A DNA stretch of 63,443 nt, the filler included, from Octopus bimaculoides (Eukaryota), in NCBI RefSeq assembly GCF_001194135.2. It is 6 parts of 5 records of this genome, joined end to end, with 100 filler letters (N's around TTAATTAATTAA, not from the genome) between each part and the next. Parts side by side here need not be neighbours in the genome. Positions count along the whole stretch, not along the records: positions 1 to 8,811 come from NC_069010.1; positions 8,912 to 24,869 come from NC_068981.1; 4 more parts are not named here. One strand, given 5' to 3'. Below the pieces are notes generated by a model. That model did no database searches. It was not told where the DNA came from and saw nothing but the letters and a program-made list of their open reading frames with translations. Position 1 is the stretch's first letter. Each line of letters starts with the position of its first letter. A program made the translations under genes and the position numbers. Below are positions 1 through 13,066 of this stretch, one piece after another.

Positions 1-23
1 TGTCTTACGTTTAAGCTGGTTCC

Positions 24-124
24 CATACATTTCCCTGAGGAGAAGTTTACATTTTTAACAGCGCCGATTCCTAAGGATCGCATAGATTGTAATTCTTCGA
101 AACATATGTCGGAATAAAAGTATG
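24..124 (+). ncRNA. Type I hammerhead ribozyme, complete core
   Basis: Stem I TTCC(31-34)/GGAA(111-114), extended by CATAC(24-28)/GTATG(120-124). Core CTGAGGA(35-41). Stem II GAAG-T-TTACA/TGTAA-TT-CTTC. GAAA at 99-102. Stem III AC-ATAT-GT. Cleavage triplet GTC at 108-110. Confidence 0.8.
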
Positions 125-620
125 CAGTTATAATATACGTTTACTCCATTCTTTAAATTTATATATACTCAAATACCCAAAATATCAAGGAGTTTCTGCC
201 TCACAAACAGGAGTTACACTAGTTATTTTGTGTTCTTTGCTACCCTGCTTTCTATTAACCCATTTATTTTATCCGAATTATTCTTAATTAGGAGAAAATA
301 AATACATATAATTAAATATATTGAGTATATATATATATGTATTGAGTAATGAATCAGTTTAGACCTAACAAATACTTAAATAGATAGGTAAATAGATAGA
401 TAGATGCATGTGCTAATACATATTCTTTCATATTATCTATTATATATTACATTTAAGTGTATACAGACATATAAGCAAACAAATAGTGAGGCGGTGCTCC
501 AGCATGGCCACAGTCATTGGACTGAAACATAAAAGTATAACTGGGTCTTTTTTAATATAATTTCTCACTTCTCTAGTATAATGTGATCGTTGAAGATGTA
601 TATATACCGCACGTGCGTGT

Positions 621-658
<38 letters not shown>

Positions 659-1649
659 TAATAAAATGACAACAAAAGAATGAGACCTCGATAATTAAGT
701 AAACAGAGGAATCTATATATGTATAGTATAGGACAATCAGTAATATATATATATATATATATATAAATTACGGGGTATATATATGGGTGTTTCTGTAATA
801 TTGATATAAATAATTAACGATTAACGCATTGTTATCATTGTAGTTGTATATATTGCGTGTGTACATATATACACACAATGGAATATATATTCCACTCACG
901 TGCGATCGAAATATATATATATATATAGACCTATACATCTATGCAGAAATATACATACACAAACACCGGTGTGTATGTATATATAATTATGTATATATAT
1001 ATATAGATATATATTCCACTCACATGTGAATGTAATATACATATATACGGTTATACTAACATAAATATATATATACATACAAAGATATTGAGAAGGATAT
1101 GATCATAATAAATATATATAGTTGTATAGAAATATATATACTTACAGAAAGTGGGTTCCTTCCAAGACCTTTAATTAAGTAAATCACCCTCCAGGGTCGT
1201 CGTTACTTCCTCATGTTTAGATCCAAGCTTCCGTCTCTTCTTTTCGCCTCCTTCCGTCAGGGCGATAACAAATAAACAAAAAAAGATTCTCGCTGGATCC
1301 TATCAACCGCTGTTTCTTTTACGTATTTGATTAATATTTTGTGTGTACAAGGAGGGGAGTTTTCGTTTTAATTTTATTTCTTTGTCTTGGATTTTGCGGA
1401 GCCCAAATATCGAGCTTTTTAAAAAACGAATCCAAGACATTTTTAAGTGGTTTTCGATTGTTGTCTGTGATACATTTAACCCCTCTACAATCCCTCGCAG
1501 ACAGAATTAGATTCGATTTTATTATTTAATCAGATTCAATTATTCCAGTACGGAATTTTTAAAACCATTTCTGACATGTGCGTTCTGTTATTCAAAAAAA
1601 AAAAAATCTATTTATGAAATTGATTTCGTGCCAAACCCAATTTAATATA

Positions 1650-1762
1650 TCATCATCGTTTAACGTCTGCTTTCCATGCTGGTGTGGGTTGGACGGTTTG
1701 ACTGGGGACTAGTGAGCCAGATGGCTGCACCAGGCTCCAATCTGATCTGGCAGAGCCGGAGT
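1650..1762 (-). repeat. RTE 3'-tail repeat
   Basis: catcatcgtttaacgtctgctttccatgctggtgtgggttggacgg is homologous to 55950-56060. A shorter copy lies at 2400-2452 and an internal UTR-like fragment at 4462-4585. Confidence 0.75.
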
Positions 1763-2993
1763 NNNNNNNNNNNNNNNNNNNNNNNNNNNNNNNNNNNNNN
1801 NNNNNNNNNNNNNNNNNNNNNNNNNNNNNNNNNNNNNNNNNNNNNNNNNNNNNNNNNNNNNNNNNNNNNNNNNNNNNNNNNNNNNNNNNNNNNNNNNNNN
1901 NNNNNNNNNNNNNNNNNAAAAAAAAAAAAAGACGAAGACAGGTGGTGTAGACAACAAACAGATGTATTAGTTTAACGCTACATATTGTAAAGCTGAGTTT
2001 TTGTAGCAATCTATAGAAATCCACACCTTACAAGATAGCAATCTGGGAGCCACACCAATGGAGTTCTCATGGCCGAAATCGACCATTTATTATTATTATT
2101 ATTATTATTTTGCTTCTTAACAGGTGAATTTTTGCATTAAAAATAATTTTAAACCGTAACTTCTAACAGTTTTCAAGTCGGAGAAACTGATCATCATGAG
2201 TTAAGTTCACTTCTATCGACAGTGCAAACAGATTTTTTTAAAATTTCGTCTTTTTAGTTAGTGATACACAATATAAACGATATTCCAAACTTGCTGGATC
2301 CGTTGCTCTACTCATAGCTGGTCGTGCATGAACATGGGAGAGATGCCTGAAATTAAATTTGGGAGAGGGAAACTGCATGGAAGCCCATCATGTATATATA
2401 TCATCGTCATCATCATTTAACGTTCGTTGTCCACGCTGGCATGGGTTGGACACTATTAAGTAAAGCATAAAAGACAATAGCAAAGGTAAACAATCGGCAC
2501 CTCAGCCGTTTTCGTGTATAGGTTTCGGTCGAAAACGGTTGATGTGCTGCATATTCTTTACCTTGGGTATAAAAAAAAAAAGATTCTATTCTTTACCTAC
2601 CTTATCGCAGCCATAAAGTAATTCTTAATTCTTCATCGGCCGTCCACGTTACTTCAATCAGGAGTAACGAGCAAGAATCCTAAAAGACTCTCTGGAACCA
2701 GATTGCTATTAAATTCCCGACACGAGATTTATAGCCCTTTTCCCCATTTCAAACGCTATTATTGCAAGCATGATATTCCCTATTCATGGATTACACATGA
2801 AAATGTCCTTACCGTCTAGAAGCAACCTATGGGTGCTGGAATTCTTCGTTAGCCATTTTAGCCTTCGTCTATGAACGACCAACTGAAACGATCTAAGGGA
2901 GATAACTCGTCCTCGCAGATCCGCAAGGTTTATTGGTTTAGCCTTCGTTCGCTAATTAACTGACCCGTAATTAACTTACCTCCACCGATTGAA

Positions 2994-3070
2994 GTCATGG
3001 CGTCGATTTGTTCGACTAAAGGCGGTGCTCCAGCATGGCCGCAGTCAAATGACTGAAACTAGTAAAAGAA
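2994..3070 (+). repeat. SINE B 3' tail fragment
   Basis: gtcgatttgttcgactaaaggcggtgctccagcatggccgcagtcaaatgactgaaac. Another tail fragment lies at 489-537. Confidence 0.85.
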
Positions 3071-3117
3071 TATATATATATGTGTATATATATATTTATG
3101 TGTGAGTGTGTGTGTAT

Positions 3118-3520
3118 CTCTTTTACTTGTTTCAGTCGTTTGACTGCGGTCATACTGGAGCACCGCCTTTGAGTCGAGAAAATCGACCCCATGACTTATT
3201 CATTGTAAGCCTAGTACTTATTCTATCGGTCTCTCTTTTGCTGAACCGCTAAGTTACGGGGACGTAAACACACCAGCATTGGTTGTCAAGCGATGTTGGA
3301 GGGACAAACACAGACACACACATATATATACATATATATATATATACATACATATATACGACGGGCTTCTTTCAGTTTCCGTCTACCAAATCCACTCACA
3401 AGGCTTTGGTCAGCCTGAGGCTATAGTAGAAGACACTTGGCCAAGGTGCCACGCAGTGAGACTGAACCCGGAACCATGTGGTTGGTAAGCAAGCTACTTA
3501 CCACACAGCCAATCCTGCAC
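3118..3520 (-). mobile_element. SINE family B (with internal microsatellite), full length
   Basis: Head ggctgtgtggtaag...ccacatggttccgggttcagt, tail ggcggtgctccag...gactgaaacaagtaaaag. Confidence 0.88.
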
Positions 3521-5677
3521 ATATATATNNNNNNNNNNNNNNNNNNNNNNNNNNNNNNNNNNNNNNNNNNNNNNNNNNNNNNNNNNNNNNNNNNNNNNNN
3601 NNNNNNNNNNNNNNNNNNNNNNNNNNNNNNNNNNNNNNNNNNNNNNNNNNNNNNNNNNNNNNNNNNNNNNNNNNNNNNNNNNNNNNNNNNNNNNNNNNNN
3701 NNNNNNNNNNNNNNNNNNNNNNNNNNNNNNNNNNNNNNNNNNNNNNNNNNNNNNNNNNNNNNNNNNNNNNNNNNNNNNNNNNNNNNNNNNNNNNNNNNNN
3801 NNNNNNNNNNNNNNNNNNNNNNNNNNNNNNNNNNNNNNNNNNNNNNNNNNNNNNNNNNNNNNNNNNNNNNNNNNNNNNNNNNNNNNNNNNNNNNNNNNNN
3901 NNNNNNNNNNNNNNNNNNNNNNNNNNNNNNNNNNNNNNNNNNNNNNNNNNNNNNNNNNNNNNNNNNNNNNNNNNNNNNNNNNNNNNNNNNNNNNNNNNNN
4001 NNNNNNNNNNNNNNNNNNNNNNNNNNNNNNNNNNNNNNNNNNNNNNNNNNNNNNNNNNNNNNNNNNNNNNNNNNNNNNNNNNNNNNNNNNNNNNNNNNNN
4101 NNNNNNNNNNNNNNNNNNNNNNNNNNNNNNNNNNNNNNNNNNNNNNNNNNNNNNNNNNNNNNNNNNNNNNNNNNNNNNNNNNNNNNNNNNNNNNNNNNNN
4201 NNNNNNNNNNNNNNNNNNNNNNNNNNNNNNNNNNNNNNNNNNNNNNNNNNNNNNNNNNNNNNNNNNNNNNNNNNNNNNNNNNNNNNNNNNNNNNNNNNNN
4301 NNNNNNNNNNNNNNNNNNNNNNNNNNNNNNNNNNNNNNNNNNNNNNNNNNNNNNNNNNNNNNNNNNNNNNNNNNNNNNNNNNNNNNNNNNNNNNNNNNNN
4401 NNNNNNNNNNNNNNNNNNNNNNNNNNNNNNNNNNNNNNNNNNNNNNNNNNNNNNNNNNNNNTGCCACCCGCACAAGAGCCAGTCCAGGGGCACTGGCAAC
4501 GACCTCGCTCGAAAGTCCTTACACATGCCGCGGGCACAAGTGCCAGAAAGGCGATGCTGGGCACAGGTGCCATCACAATTTCGCTATATACATACATATA
4601 TAAAATTGGAAATACAGTACCAGCATGATAAAGTGATTTTAAAAATTAAAGCTGTCTATTTACTTCCTGCATATCTGTGTATGTAGATCATTCACCTATT
4701 GTAGTGATGAGTATATTTTTAAGGTCAACTTTAAGTTACTCGAGAGCAGTGTTGGAACAAATTTTATTGTGTCTAGAGAAAGTCATTATGCTAATATAAT
4801 TGACACATGCACTGGTTCAATTCCACTTTTTCTTTATTATTAGTCAACTGGTTAAATATGCAACTAATTAATTGATTGTTTAATTTGCTTCTTTTATTTT
4901 CGTTTGTCAAAGCTCTTTTGTTGCTACTTGCCATCTTTTCAGTGACTATTGACTTGGTCTGTTACGGAGGCTGCATCTGTCAGCTTGAGACCTAGTTGCA
5001 TGCTTGTGCATGTGGATGTATGTAAGTACATATGTGACCATGTGCTGTGCATCTTCGATGGCATTCAGGAAGTCGACCTTTTTTTTGAAGTTGAAGTCGA
5101 TGCAGATCTTATAATTAAAGCCAATTTCTTTAAAAATCTTTGAAACCCTCTTTTTGATTCTGTATCAACAGTCTGGCTGTTCATATAGTTTGGAATTCAC
5201 CATGACATTGTCACTCTGTACAGGCCTAAAGCATGGAAATGATGGTCAACATAAAAAAAANNNNNNNNNNNNNNNNNNNNNNNNNNNNNNNNNNNNNNNN
5301 NNNNNNNNNNNNNNNNNNNNNNNNNNNNNNNNNNNNNNNNNNNNNNNNNNNNNNNNNNNNNNNNNNNNNNNNNNNNNNNNNNNNNNNNNNNNNNNNNNNN
5401 NNNNNNNNNNNNNNNNNNNNNNNNNNNNNNNNNNNNNNNNNNNNNNNNNNNNNNNNNNNNNNNNNNNNNNNNNNNNNNNNNNNNNNNNNTATATATATAT
5501 AAAACTAATTATTGCTATGGCAGTGGTGCTTCTGGTTGTTGTTGTTGCTGTTGTAGTTGAAATTTTGTGTGGTGGAAATAACTGTCGTTATGGCTGTTAT
5601 CCCTGTCATGGCAGAGACTGGGTGTGATTGGGGCAGTGGAGCTTCTTATTCCAGTCACTTGTGCTAGGGTTTGGTCT

Positions 5678-5734
<57 letters not shown>

Positions 5735-6965
5735 ATGTTGGTTTTTGTTGTTGTTGCTAGTCAGATAATTTGTGCTGTGTTTCTTGTAACACAGTTCTCG
5801 TCAGTTACGACACCTGGTTGTGTCACAGTACTCTGTGTCCTCCAGCCTCTGTGTGTGCCTGACACATTTCTGTGTCACAGGCAGAATCTGTCTGTGACAC
5901 AGAGGTGCATCAGCGTTACACTATTGTTGTTTTTTATATGGCCCATGTTACAATTTACAATGCCGTCTTCTTGTTACAGTGTAGTGACAGATAGAATTTA
6001 TTTGTGACAGTGTTACAATGTGTCTCATACATAGGTACAATACTAGGCAAGTGTGACAAGGCAGTATCATTTGTTACACTACTATAAATTTTGTTACGCT
6101 ACTAAACTCATCTGACAGTGGTGTAACAGAGAGTAGTATTTGTTATACAGCTATAACACAGTGACATACTCATGTTACACAAGTATGTGTTATAGAATAT
6201 GTTACAATGATGTATTTTGTTACAGTTCTCTACTAATATTACAATGCTGTAATTTTGTCCCACAGTTGTGACATACAGCATATATTAATGACTCTAATAA
6301 GCGACACGGTGTAGTATTTTGTTACATTTCCCAGCTGTTACAATATTGTGAATTTGTTACAACTCTATATCTCTAGGGTGGGGGTTCTCGTGTTACTGTG
6401 TTACAGGTGCTGTAGCATCACAGAATTGGATAGGGCTGTTTTGCGACATAGCATCAGGCGAGGTTTTAGCATTGGATGGGAGTGTGGTGTCACAATGATA
6501 GGTGAGGTCTCTTGTATTACAGTGTGAGAATTTAGGCGTCACACTGTTGGATGGCACTGTAGTGTCACAATGCTTGTGATGGGCTCTAGTGTCAGTGTTG
6601 GAAGGAACCCTAGTGTCACAGCATTGAGTAGGGCTATAGTGTGACAATATTTGCACAGGCCTCTGGTGTCACAGTATCGGGTATGACTCGTGTATTACAA
6701 TGTCGCATGGAGCTCTAGTGTTACTTTATTGAAGGTGGTTTAAGAGTCACAGCTGTAGTGGCACAATGGTTGTGCCGGGCTGTAATGTCACACCATTGTG
6801 GAAGTCTCTAACATAACAGTGATACTATGATCACGTTACAAGTGTCATGTGGCTACTTCTGGTGTCACAGTGTTGTGTCCTGGTTTCTATGCTTTATGTC
6901 ACTAACGAAATAAACCACATAAACTCTGTGACACTGTCATGTTGTTTTCTGAGGACAGGGGGTAC
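5735..6965. repeat. Degenerate minisatellite-like array rich in TGT-N-ACA
   Basis: Dozens of tgtcaca/tgtgaca/tgttaca/tgtaaca instances. A roughly 25-30 bp period is visible in 6480-6830. Confidence 0.6.
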
Positions 6966-8148
6966 TAACAATGTTACGCAAAAGAAACATGATTGGTTGG
7001 TTGGTTTAGTTTGGTTCACTTTCGAGCCGTGTGGGTGTTAGAGGTTGGGAGTAGGGAGGGCTATTAACTAATTTTGCTTGAAGCCCATATATGGAAATAA
7101 CCCAGCATGATATTACGTTTTACTAATTTATTTCAAACCATTTTCATTCTTTCTTTTATAACTGTATATAAATATATATATATATATATCTNNNNNNNNN
7201 NNNNNNNNNNNNNNNNNNNNNNNNNNNNNNNNNNNNNNNNNNNNNNNNNNNNNNNNNNNNNNNNNNNNNNNNNNNNNNNNNNNNNNNNNNNNNNNNNNNN
7301 NNNNNNNNNNNNNNNNNNNNNNNNNNNNNNNNNNNNNNNNNNNNNNNNNNNNNNNNNNNNNNNNNNNNNNNNNNNNNNNNNNNNNNNNNNNNNNNNNNNN
7401 NNNNNNNNNNNNNNNNNNNNNNNNNNNNNNNNNNNNNNNNNNNNNNNNNNNNNNNNNNNNNNNNNNNNNNNNNNNNNNNNNNNNNNNNNNNNNNNNNNNN
7501 NNNNNNNNNNNNNNNNNNNNNNNNNNNNNNNNNNNNNNNNNNNNNNNNNNNNNNNNNNNNNNNNNNNNNNNNNNNNNNNNNNNNNNNNNNNNNNNNNNNN
7601 NNNNNNNNNNNNNNNNNNNNNNNNNNNNNNNNNNNNNNNNNNNNNNNNNNNNNNNNNNNNNNNNNNNNNNNNNNNNNNNNNNNNNNNNNNNNNNNNNNNN
7701 NNNNNNNNNNNNNNNNNNNNNNNNNNNNNNNNNNNNNNNNNNNNNNNNNNNNNNNNNNNNNNNNNNNNNNNNNNNNNNNNNNNNNNNNNNNNNNNNNNNN
7801 NNNNNNNNNNNNNNNNNNNNNNNNNNNNNNNNNNNNNNNNNNNNNNNNNNNNNNNNNNNNNNNNNNNNNNNNNNNNNNNNNNNNNNNNNNNNNNNNNNNN
7901 NNNNNNNNNNNNNNNNNNNNNNNNNNNNNNNNNNNNNNNNNNNNNNNNNNNNNNNNNNNNNNNNNNNNNNNNNNNNNNNNNNNNNNNNNNNNNNNNNNNN
8001 NNNNNNNNNNNNNNNNNNNNNNNNNNNNNNNNNNNNNNNNNNNNNNNNNNNNNNNNNNNNNNNNNNNNNNNNNNNNNNNNNNTTTTTCCCAACCAAAGAT
8101 ACTTCTTCTTTTGGTGGGGCTTGGCTGGCAGTAGTAGCAGCAATAGTC

Positions 8149-8181
<33 letters not shown>

Positions 8182-8587
8182 GTAATAATATTTGCAGTAG
8201 ATGTAAATTTATGTAAAAAAAAAAATTTAAAAAAAAACGAATAACAAAACTAAACAAAAACAACAAACAAATGGGAAAATAATCATTATAATTGGAAAAA
8301 AAAAACCCTAAAAAATAAATCAGCTACTCAATTTCATAAGGTAGCGAAAATAAGTGGAGGAGTTTTAAAAGTGTAAACTCTGACTCTATTAGTTTGGTTA
8401 GCTGATAACATTGCGATGTTTTTTGCATGAGGCACAACACTGAGTTCGAAAAGCTCTCTGGTCACACAATTGTGATGTCACGATTATACGGCACTGTAGC
8501 ATTGGCAGAACGTCTTGTACGTTTCGGCATTCATCGGTCACTTCATTTGCTGTAATGGAAAGAAAGAGAGATAGATAGAGTAAAATT

Positions 8588-8668
<81 letters not shown>

Positions 8669-9045
8669 CAGAGAGACAGAGAGACAGAGAGAGACGGAGA
8701 GACAGAGAGAGATAGATAGATAGATAGATAGATAGAGAGAGAGACAGAGAGAGACAGAGAGAGACGGAGAGACAGAGAGAGAGAGAGAGATAGATAGATA
8801 GATAGATAGAGNNNNNNNNNNNNNNNNNNNNNNNNNNNNNNNNNNNNNNNNNNNNTTAATTAATTAANNNNNNNNNNNNNNNNNNNNNNNNNNNNNNNNN
8901 NNNNNNNNNNNAAATTTTTTTTTTTTAAATTATCTTCGTTAAAAGACCGCTTCCTTCAAATCTTCTACCGGTTCTTTTGCCTAATTCCATCGATGTTATT
9001 GGATTAGCTTTGTTTTTGTATAGGGAGCCCGGTGTAGCACATCCA

Positions 9046-9108
<63 letters not shown>

Positions 9109-9112
9109 CATT

Positions 9113-9310
9113 AAAGTGGCGAGCTAGCTAAATCATTAGCTCATCGGACACAATGCCTCACACCATTTCTTCTGGCTTCACGTTTTGAATTCAAATTCAG
9201 TCGAAGTCAACTTTGTCTTTCATTCTTTCGGGATTGATAAAATAAGAACCAGATGAACACTGGCGCTGATATAATCGACTAGTCCCCTTTTAGACGTTGT
9301 AACTATAGTT
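9113..9310 (+). repeat. SINE C, diverged
   Basis: gtggcgagctagc...ttcattctttcgggattgataaaataagaaccag. Confidence 0.7.
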
Positions 9311-10339
9311 GAACAGATTATTATTATAATTATTATTGTATAACTGACAAAGAATTTGATACAAATTCGTGGTGCCAACCTTCAACAGTTCACGACTAAC
9401 AGAAAGAAATCATTCTAACAGTATTTACTAATGGTGGTGAAAATCTCTTGTGAACAGAAACAAAATTGTAACAGTATTTACCATAACTTTATTGATCGTA
9501 TTGTCAAAGAGACTGTTTCAATTGATAATAGTGATAATATCCAATGCATTACATAACAAATTTTTAAGAAACAAACTTTATAAATACGTTTGAACGAAAT
9601 CCTTTTAGCTATTTATTTGTTCTCTTTATTGCATTTTAAATTATTTTTACTGAATAGTGTCACACAAAGAGTTTACTTCTAAAGATAAAACTATTGAATG
9701 TCAAGTGTATTTTCTGCATTTGATCTGAAATAGCTAAAACACAGTCTCTTGCCCAAGACAATTTAAATAGTCACTCCATATCTCCTGTCAAACTAAACAC
9801 ATTCTAGCAATTCTCCACTTCAACATTTTCTAATAGTTCTTTATTTGAAAAAGTTCTTTAATGAATACAGTTTCTAATTAACAGAAAACTATAGATTGAT
9901 AGTGCAAAAAGTATGACGTACGAACATGAACCGGACAACTTTTAAAAAATTCACTTCGATTTAAACAGCATACTAAACAAGTAAATTTGTGAAATAAAAA
10001 TGTGATTGACATCAAATTTATACAAATGTACTCGTGAAAATATTAACTTGCATGTGAACATCAACATGCATTGTGAATAGTTAAAATGAGAGCCATTTGT
10101 TATTAATTCTGAAATTATTAAAACGTATCAATTCTGAAATATGTGGAAAGGCAATACTTCTGATAATGAAATTTAGCCAATATTCCAAAATAGGCAACAT
10201 CAACAGATTTCTTACATTTTTATCAAAATGATAATATTGCTACATCTGACGTGTTGCAGTTTTAGAAGCATATGGTTATATTAGTATTTCTTATAGAATG
10301 GATCAGCAAACACAATAAATAGCTAGACTCATATCTAAT

Positions 10340-10620
10340 TAGTAATTCCTGCCGGTAATATGAATTCTAAGGAAACAAATTTAACAGAACAACGATTGTG
10401 AATGGCCAGATAACAATATATCTGTAGAAGAATGTAATGCGGTTGCAAGAAATACACACCTGACTTTCTATTAATGAAATGGTTCCAAAGCATGGTTGGA
10501 CAACATACTGACTAATAAGAAATGGATAAATAGAATGATAGACTGTCGACAGAACAGTACAGTTTTTGTAGACAGTGAACATATTGTCTCAGAAGTAACT
10601 GTCTTAGGATAAATAAAATA
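10340..10620 (+). mobile_element. Decayed LINE apurinic endonuclease fragment
   Basis: PAGNMNSK (GDxNA-like) and NGSKAWLDNILTNKKWINRMIDCRQ...DSEH (lDhil...SDH-like), with stop codons. Confidence 0.6.
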
Positions 10621-11763
10621 AGCATGGAAAGAGAAGTTGCCATGGGCGCCTATAAGCTATTATGTGACAGAATGATAAATGCATTCAAACTTGAGATTTC
10701 AAAAATCGATTTGAAATATTGCATTGTGAAGATACAGAGAATACAGCTGACACTACATATGCTGTGTTAATGCAATCTCATGCGGAAGAAAGTATGGTGA
10801 AGAGGAAATTACGTAAACTTTACACAGTAAAAACATTATGTAGTGATCGATTTTGAGGATCCTATAGCAAAAAAAAATTATGAATAAATTATTAAAAATT
10901 AATAGCATTAATAAAATATTAAAAATTAACAGCGTTAATAAAATGTAAAATTTTTCGAAATTAATAAAATATTAAAAATTAAATACAATAAAGATATATT
11001 CGAATTAAAACAATAAAAAGATATCAAAAATTAAATTTCAAAATAATTATAATCGAAAACAATAAAGCAAGATCAATAAACTCGTTGATACCATTACAGA
11101 AAACAAATGTGTTATTGAAAAGAGAAAAAAATTAAATGAAAGATAATATTGTTGAGAACAAAAAGGGATTAGAGTTGAATTTTGTAAACGATATATATAA
11201 ATGTGTGTAGGAAATGAATTTGTAACCAATATGTTAAGAGAGAAGTGCTTTGCAAATGTGCAAACTTTGTAATACTTATTAATATTCATTTCCTACGAAA
11301 GAATCTAAAAACAAAACTGATATAACAAAACAACAGAGTTCAAAGCACATGATGATATTTGGATAACACTGAAGAATTTAATCTTAATGTAGGAAAAAAT
11401 TCAGCATGGCGGAGACCGTCCATCTCCAGACTTAACTCAGTACAGGAAATAGAGCACAGCAAGCTGATAAAATATTTGATATTACAGTGCTAATATTGTT
11501 TATAGAGGAAAGTAGTTTTGTGTTTTTTAATGGCATAGTCACTGGAAGCAGGAGGTAAAAAAACCTTAAATGGAATCTTAAAACTGTGTGCTAAATTTAG
11601 TCGTCACTAGATTTAACTCAACTACCTGGTCTTTGGATATCTTTAGAGGAGTCTGCTCACTTGCAAACATACTTTCCATGTATCCAGTCCAGAATACTCT
11701 GTCAAAGACCAAAAGTATTGTCCTTTCTCACCAAAATTAACAAAATATGTTAATGATGGAAAT

Positions 11764-12142
11764 TGTTGTTGGCACTCCGTCACTTACGACGTCGAGGGTT
11801 CCAGTTGATCCGACCAACGGAACAGCCTGCTCGTGAAATTAACGTGCAAGTGGCTGAGCAATCCACAGACACGTGTACCCTTAACGTAGTTCTCGGGGAT
11901 ATTCAGCGTGACACAGTGTGGCAAGGCTGGCCCTTTGAAATACAGGCACAACAGAAACAGAAAGTAAGAGAAAGTTGTGGTGGAAGAGTACAGCAGGGTT
12001 CGCCACCATCCCCTGCCGGAGCTTCGTAGAGCTTTAGGTGTTTTCGCTCAATAAACACTCACAACGCCCGGTCTGGGAATCGAAACCGCGATCCTATGAC
12101 TGCGAGTCCGCTGCCCTAACCACTGGGCCATTGCGCCTCCAC
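11764..12142 (-). mobile_element. tRNA-derived SINE family A, full length
   Basis: Head with A/B-box-like TGGCCCAGTGG / GGTTTCGATTCCC, (AAC)n tail, 12-bp TSD AATGATGGAAAT (11752-11763 and 12143-12154). Confidence 0.9.
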
Positions 12143-12949
12143 AATGATGGAAATATGTTAATGATAAAATGATTTTTTAACGTATCGACCGCTCACGTGA
12201 CCACATTACGATTTATGATAAAGTAAAAATCCAGTTAAGAGCCAAAACGTGAGCACCTTTCTCGCGCCTGTATTTGGAACAATTAATAGTGGCGAAAGAA
12301 GACCGATGCTAGAAATTTTGCTATGCATTGCACTTTGTAGAGGCAAGGAGTGCCCAGAGGAGGAAGATGATCGCAAATATGGGATGCCCTGACCTTCTCT
12401 AGGTAGTAAATTGCCTCCTGTTTCTGATGAGTGACTGTGTTCGTTTATAGTTTTATATTGTATTTGAATTTTTAATCTGTTTTTTATTGTGTATTACGGT
12501 TTTGACTCATTCTCAAACACAATATGACCGAATAGTAAATAGTTCTCTTCCCAAGCATGGGATCTGAAGTTCGATCCCACAACGTGGCGTCTTCAGCAGA
12601 TGCCATTTTCTATTTCTGGTCGATGGAAATAAATTTCGATATACGGAGATTGTACAGAGGCCTACTGAGTGCATTATACCTGTAATCCAAAGGCACAGTC
12701 TTGTTTTACACTGTCTCTGATTATCCTTGAGGTTACGTTAAGGATACACGTGTCTATGCAATGCTTAGCATCTAATATATTAATTCAGGAGCAGGGAATC
12801 CAGTTGATAAAACAGTTGAATCCTCGTCGTTGAACGATGGAGATCCATCCCCACCCCCACCACCACACTCCACCATATTTGTAACCCTTCTCTATGGCAT
12901 ATTTTAATTTATCAGAAAGGAGCCTCTGACCAATAAAGGAACCACTCTT

Positions 12950-13066
<117 letters not shown>

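Noticed and set aside
3421-8216. Long ORFs of 330-400 aa in the ORF track (also at 18042-20113, 21336, 46571, 58579, 60826-62186)
   Set aside because: They consist of X from N-gaps or of simple-repeat translations.
8856-8867. TTAATTAATTAA inside N-runs (also at 24914, 42457, 57207, 62291)
   Set aside because: The same 12-mer, with stops in all frames, sits in the middle of ~100-nt gaps. It is an assembly or scaffolding pad, not biology.
11763-12029. Near-identical 88-92 aa ORFs at 11763-12029 and 17373-17651
   Set aside because: They are antisense translations of SINE A copies, not paralogous genes.
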